A stretch of DNA of 63,697 nucleotides, counting the filler, from Octopus bimaculoides (lineage: Eukaryota): the NCBI RefSeq assembly GCF_001194135.2. It is 8 parts of 8 records of this genome, joined end to end, with 100 filler letters (N's around TTAATTAATTAA, not from the genome) between each part and the next. Parts side by side here need not be neighbours in the genome. Positions count along the whole stretch, not along the records: positions 61,688 to 63,697 come from NC_069003.1; 7 more parts are not named here. One strand, given 5' to 3'. Numbering within the stretch: the first letter of the stretch is position 1; the number at the start of each line of letters is the position of its first letter. This document shows, piece by piece, positions 61,719-63,697 of the stretch. The position numbers and the translations under genes were made by a program. A model generated the notes under the pieces. The model saw nothing but the letters and a program-made list of their open reading frames with translations. It searched no databases and was not told the origin of the DNA.

Positions 61719-61929
61719 TAACTTTTAGAAGTTTCAGCTTGGTCACCTTCATCAGACTGAGCTGTAGAGCAAGTTGGAAATTTGAATTCACCGTCAATAT
61801 TTTCCTTGTACTCTACTAAAAACATGTACTCTACTAAAAAGTATTGCGTAATCTTTAAGTTGAGTAGTAAATTGGTTTTATATATAACTTGATATAAAAA
61901 CAGACATTAATATATTTGTCTATGAATGA

Positions 61930-61960
<31 letters not shown>

Positions 61961-62204
61961 ACTGTATGTGTGTGTGTATGTACCAGTGCAGGAGATACTC
62001 GGCGCAACGATTTCGGAAGACTAAGCTTCCATTAAATTACATAATTGTATCTTCTGTTGGGAATGAGTACTCACTTCTCTTCTTCCTCTTGTTTACACTT
62101 ACACATTTACATACACAAACACACATATACACATGCATATATACGTGTGTTTGTGCATGTATGTATATATGTATATGTATGATTATGTATGAATAAACGT
62201 GTAC

Positions 62205-62271
<67 letters not shown>

Positions 62272-62463
62272 GAAACCCTGCCACCCCCACCTTTCCCATC
62301 CGTCTTACTAACTATACTAATACACTAATGCCGTCTAGAATTTCATTTCCTTTGAGTATTTCTCTTGAAATTGGTCACATTCCAACCAACAACAACAAAC
62401 ACTCAATGATGACGACGACGATGATGATGATGATGATTATTATTATTGTTATTATTATTATTA

Positions 62464-62506
<43 letters not shown>

Positions 62507-62592
62507 TTTCGACCCAGTCTTTATCAATTAAAACTAACTCCTCACGATTTTTATCTCGTTGATAGTGTTTTGCTTTGTGTTGTGTGTGTTGC

Positions 62593-62645
<53 letters not shown>

Positions 62646-62764
62646 TTTGTTGTTGTTGTTAAATTTACATTAAGCAAATCCGACATTTTTCTTCTTTCCT
62701 TTTATATTTTTACATTCCTCTCATAGAGACCAACGCACTAGACTCTGGGAATGCTTTACCGTGG

Positions 62765-62895
62765 TCTGTGTACTTGTTAGTTATAGCAGCCTAATCTCCA
62801 CCAGATAACACGCAGCGAAGGACACATTGCATCATGTCTTCCTAAGATAAACACTTTCTGGCTCAAAACTGACTTAGGGGTCTAAAACTAGTAAA
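62765..62895 (+). mobile_element. SINE-like family E fragment
   Basis: CTTGTTAGTTATAGCAGCCTAATCTCC…GGACACATTGCATCATGT…GACTTAGGGGTCTAAAAC. Confidence 0.55.
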
Positions 62896-63142
62896 ACACA
62901 CTGACACACTACTCCAGTACATACCCTTCTCCAACCAATACTCCGCCCTTAAGCTGTTTGTTTTTTTAAACATACTCAAACACCATAGCAAACAAAGAAT
63001 TGTAAACTCCATTTTGTCTTCTCGTAAATAAAGAGAGAAGGGGACGCAATATTATCCCTAATATCCCCAAATATTAGGGATAGCAGGAACTGGTATGAGA
63101 CAGTTTTAAAATCCTTGCACTAGACCTGCATGTCCGTTATGA

Positions 63143-63300
63143 CAGTGGTCCCCAATATTTTTTTCACACCACGGACCGGTTACATGCACGTTAATTTTTC
63201 CACAGACCGGTAGGGATCACATGCATAACAAAACACAACTAAGAGCATGATATATATTTTAATTATTACAGATATAATACATTTGTAATATACTAGCAGA
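63143..63300 (+). mobile_element. hAT-Charlie-like element, 5' end
   Basis: CAGTGGTCCCCAATATTTTTTTCACACCACGGACCGG…AATTTTTCCACAGACCGG follows the MER1/Charlie-type terminus; right end not seen. Confidence 0.65.
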
Positions 63301-63394
63301 ATCCGTGGAAATTCAGCAGTATAAATCAACACATTTTATTTTAGTAGATTAAACACGAACAATGAGTTTGATATCCTGCAATTTCACTAAGACA

Positions 63395-63532
63395 GCGAGC
63401 TGGCAGAATCGTTAGCACGCCGGTCAAAATGCTTAGCGGCATTTCGTCCCTCTTTACATTTTGAGTTCGAATTCCGCCGAGATTGACTTTGCCTTTTATC
63501 TCTTCAGGGTCGATAAAATAACTACCAGTTGA
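63395..63532 (+). mobile_element. SINE family A, 3'-truncated
   Basis: GCGAGCTGGCAGAATCGTTAGCACGCCGG…ACCAGTTGAGCACT. Confidence 0.9.
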
Positions 63533-63572
63533 GCACTCCTTGTAATATGTTTGATAGATATGATGTACTTTA

Positions 63573-63697
63573 TATTGGGTCACCCCATAAATAATGCGAT
63601 GTTTTTATACTTCTTTCATTTTTCAAAATTAAACAAAGTTCTTTTTTAATCTAAAATTTATTCTCCTTCATTTTCTACAATACTCTTCCATCTATTT
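63573..63697 (+). mobile_element. Mariner-type 5' terminus running off the window end
   Basis: TA-TTGGGTCACCCCATAAATAATGCG, the same TATTGGGT TIR class as the other mariner ends here. Confidence 0.5.

Overview
AT-rich eukaryotic (animal) genomic DNA, almost entirely non-coding: no prokaryotic genes, operons, CRISPR arrays or rRNA, and no complete host gene. The density of compound microsatellites and the recurring tRNA-derived SINE families look like an octopus genome (inference; Octopus bimaculoides-type draft assembly). About 5.5 kb is Ns in 20 gaps. Seven gaps are artificial 100-bp joins (44N-TTAATTAATTAA-44N), so the window is eight separately assembled pieces. Recognisable content: more than 20 copies of one SINE family (A), a composite SINE with an internal microsatellite (B+C), two further SINE-like families (D, E), and decayed fossils of many transposon superfamilies (Merlin, Chapaev3-like, several mariners, hAT and piggyBac MITEs, RTE, R4/Dong, L1/Tx1, Penelope, probable Gypsy and Helitron). 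Nearly all ORFs in the supplied track are microsatellite or N artefacts. The most interesting observations are SINE-A copies stacked at a repeated ~15-bp site, modular tail swapping between SINE families, a TTAA-flanked MITE inside an RTE reading frame, an R4/Dong element in (AAT)n, degenerate hammerhead-like motifs, and one CpG-rich unique island near 40.5 kb that may be a host exon. I found no convincing evidence of a new protein-coding system. All family names come from motif recognition by eye and need database confirmation; coordinates of decayed repeats are approximate.
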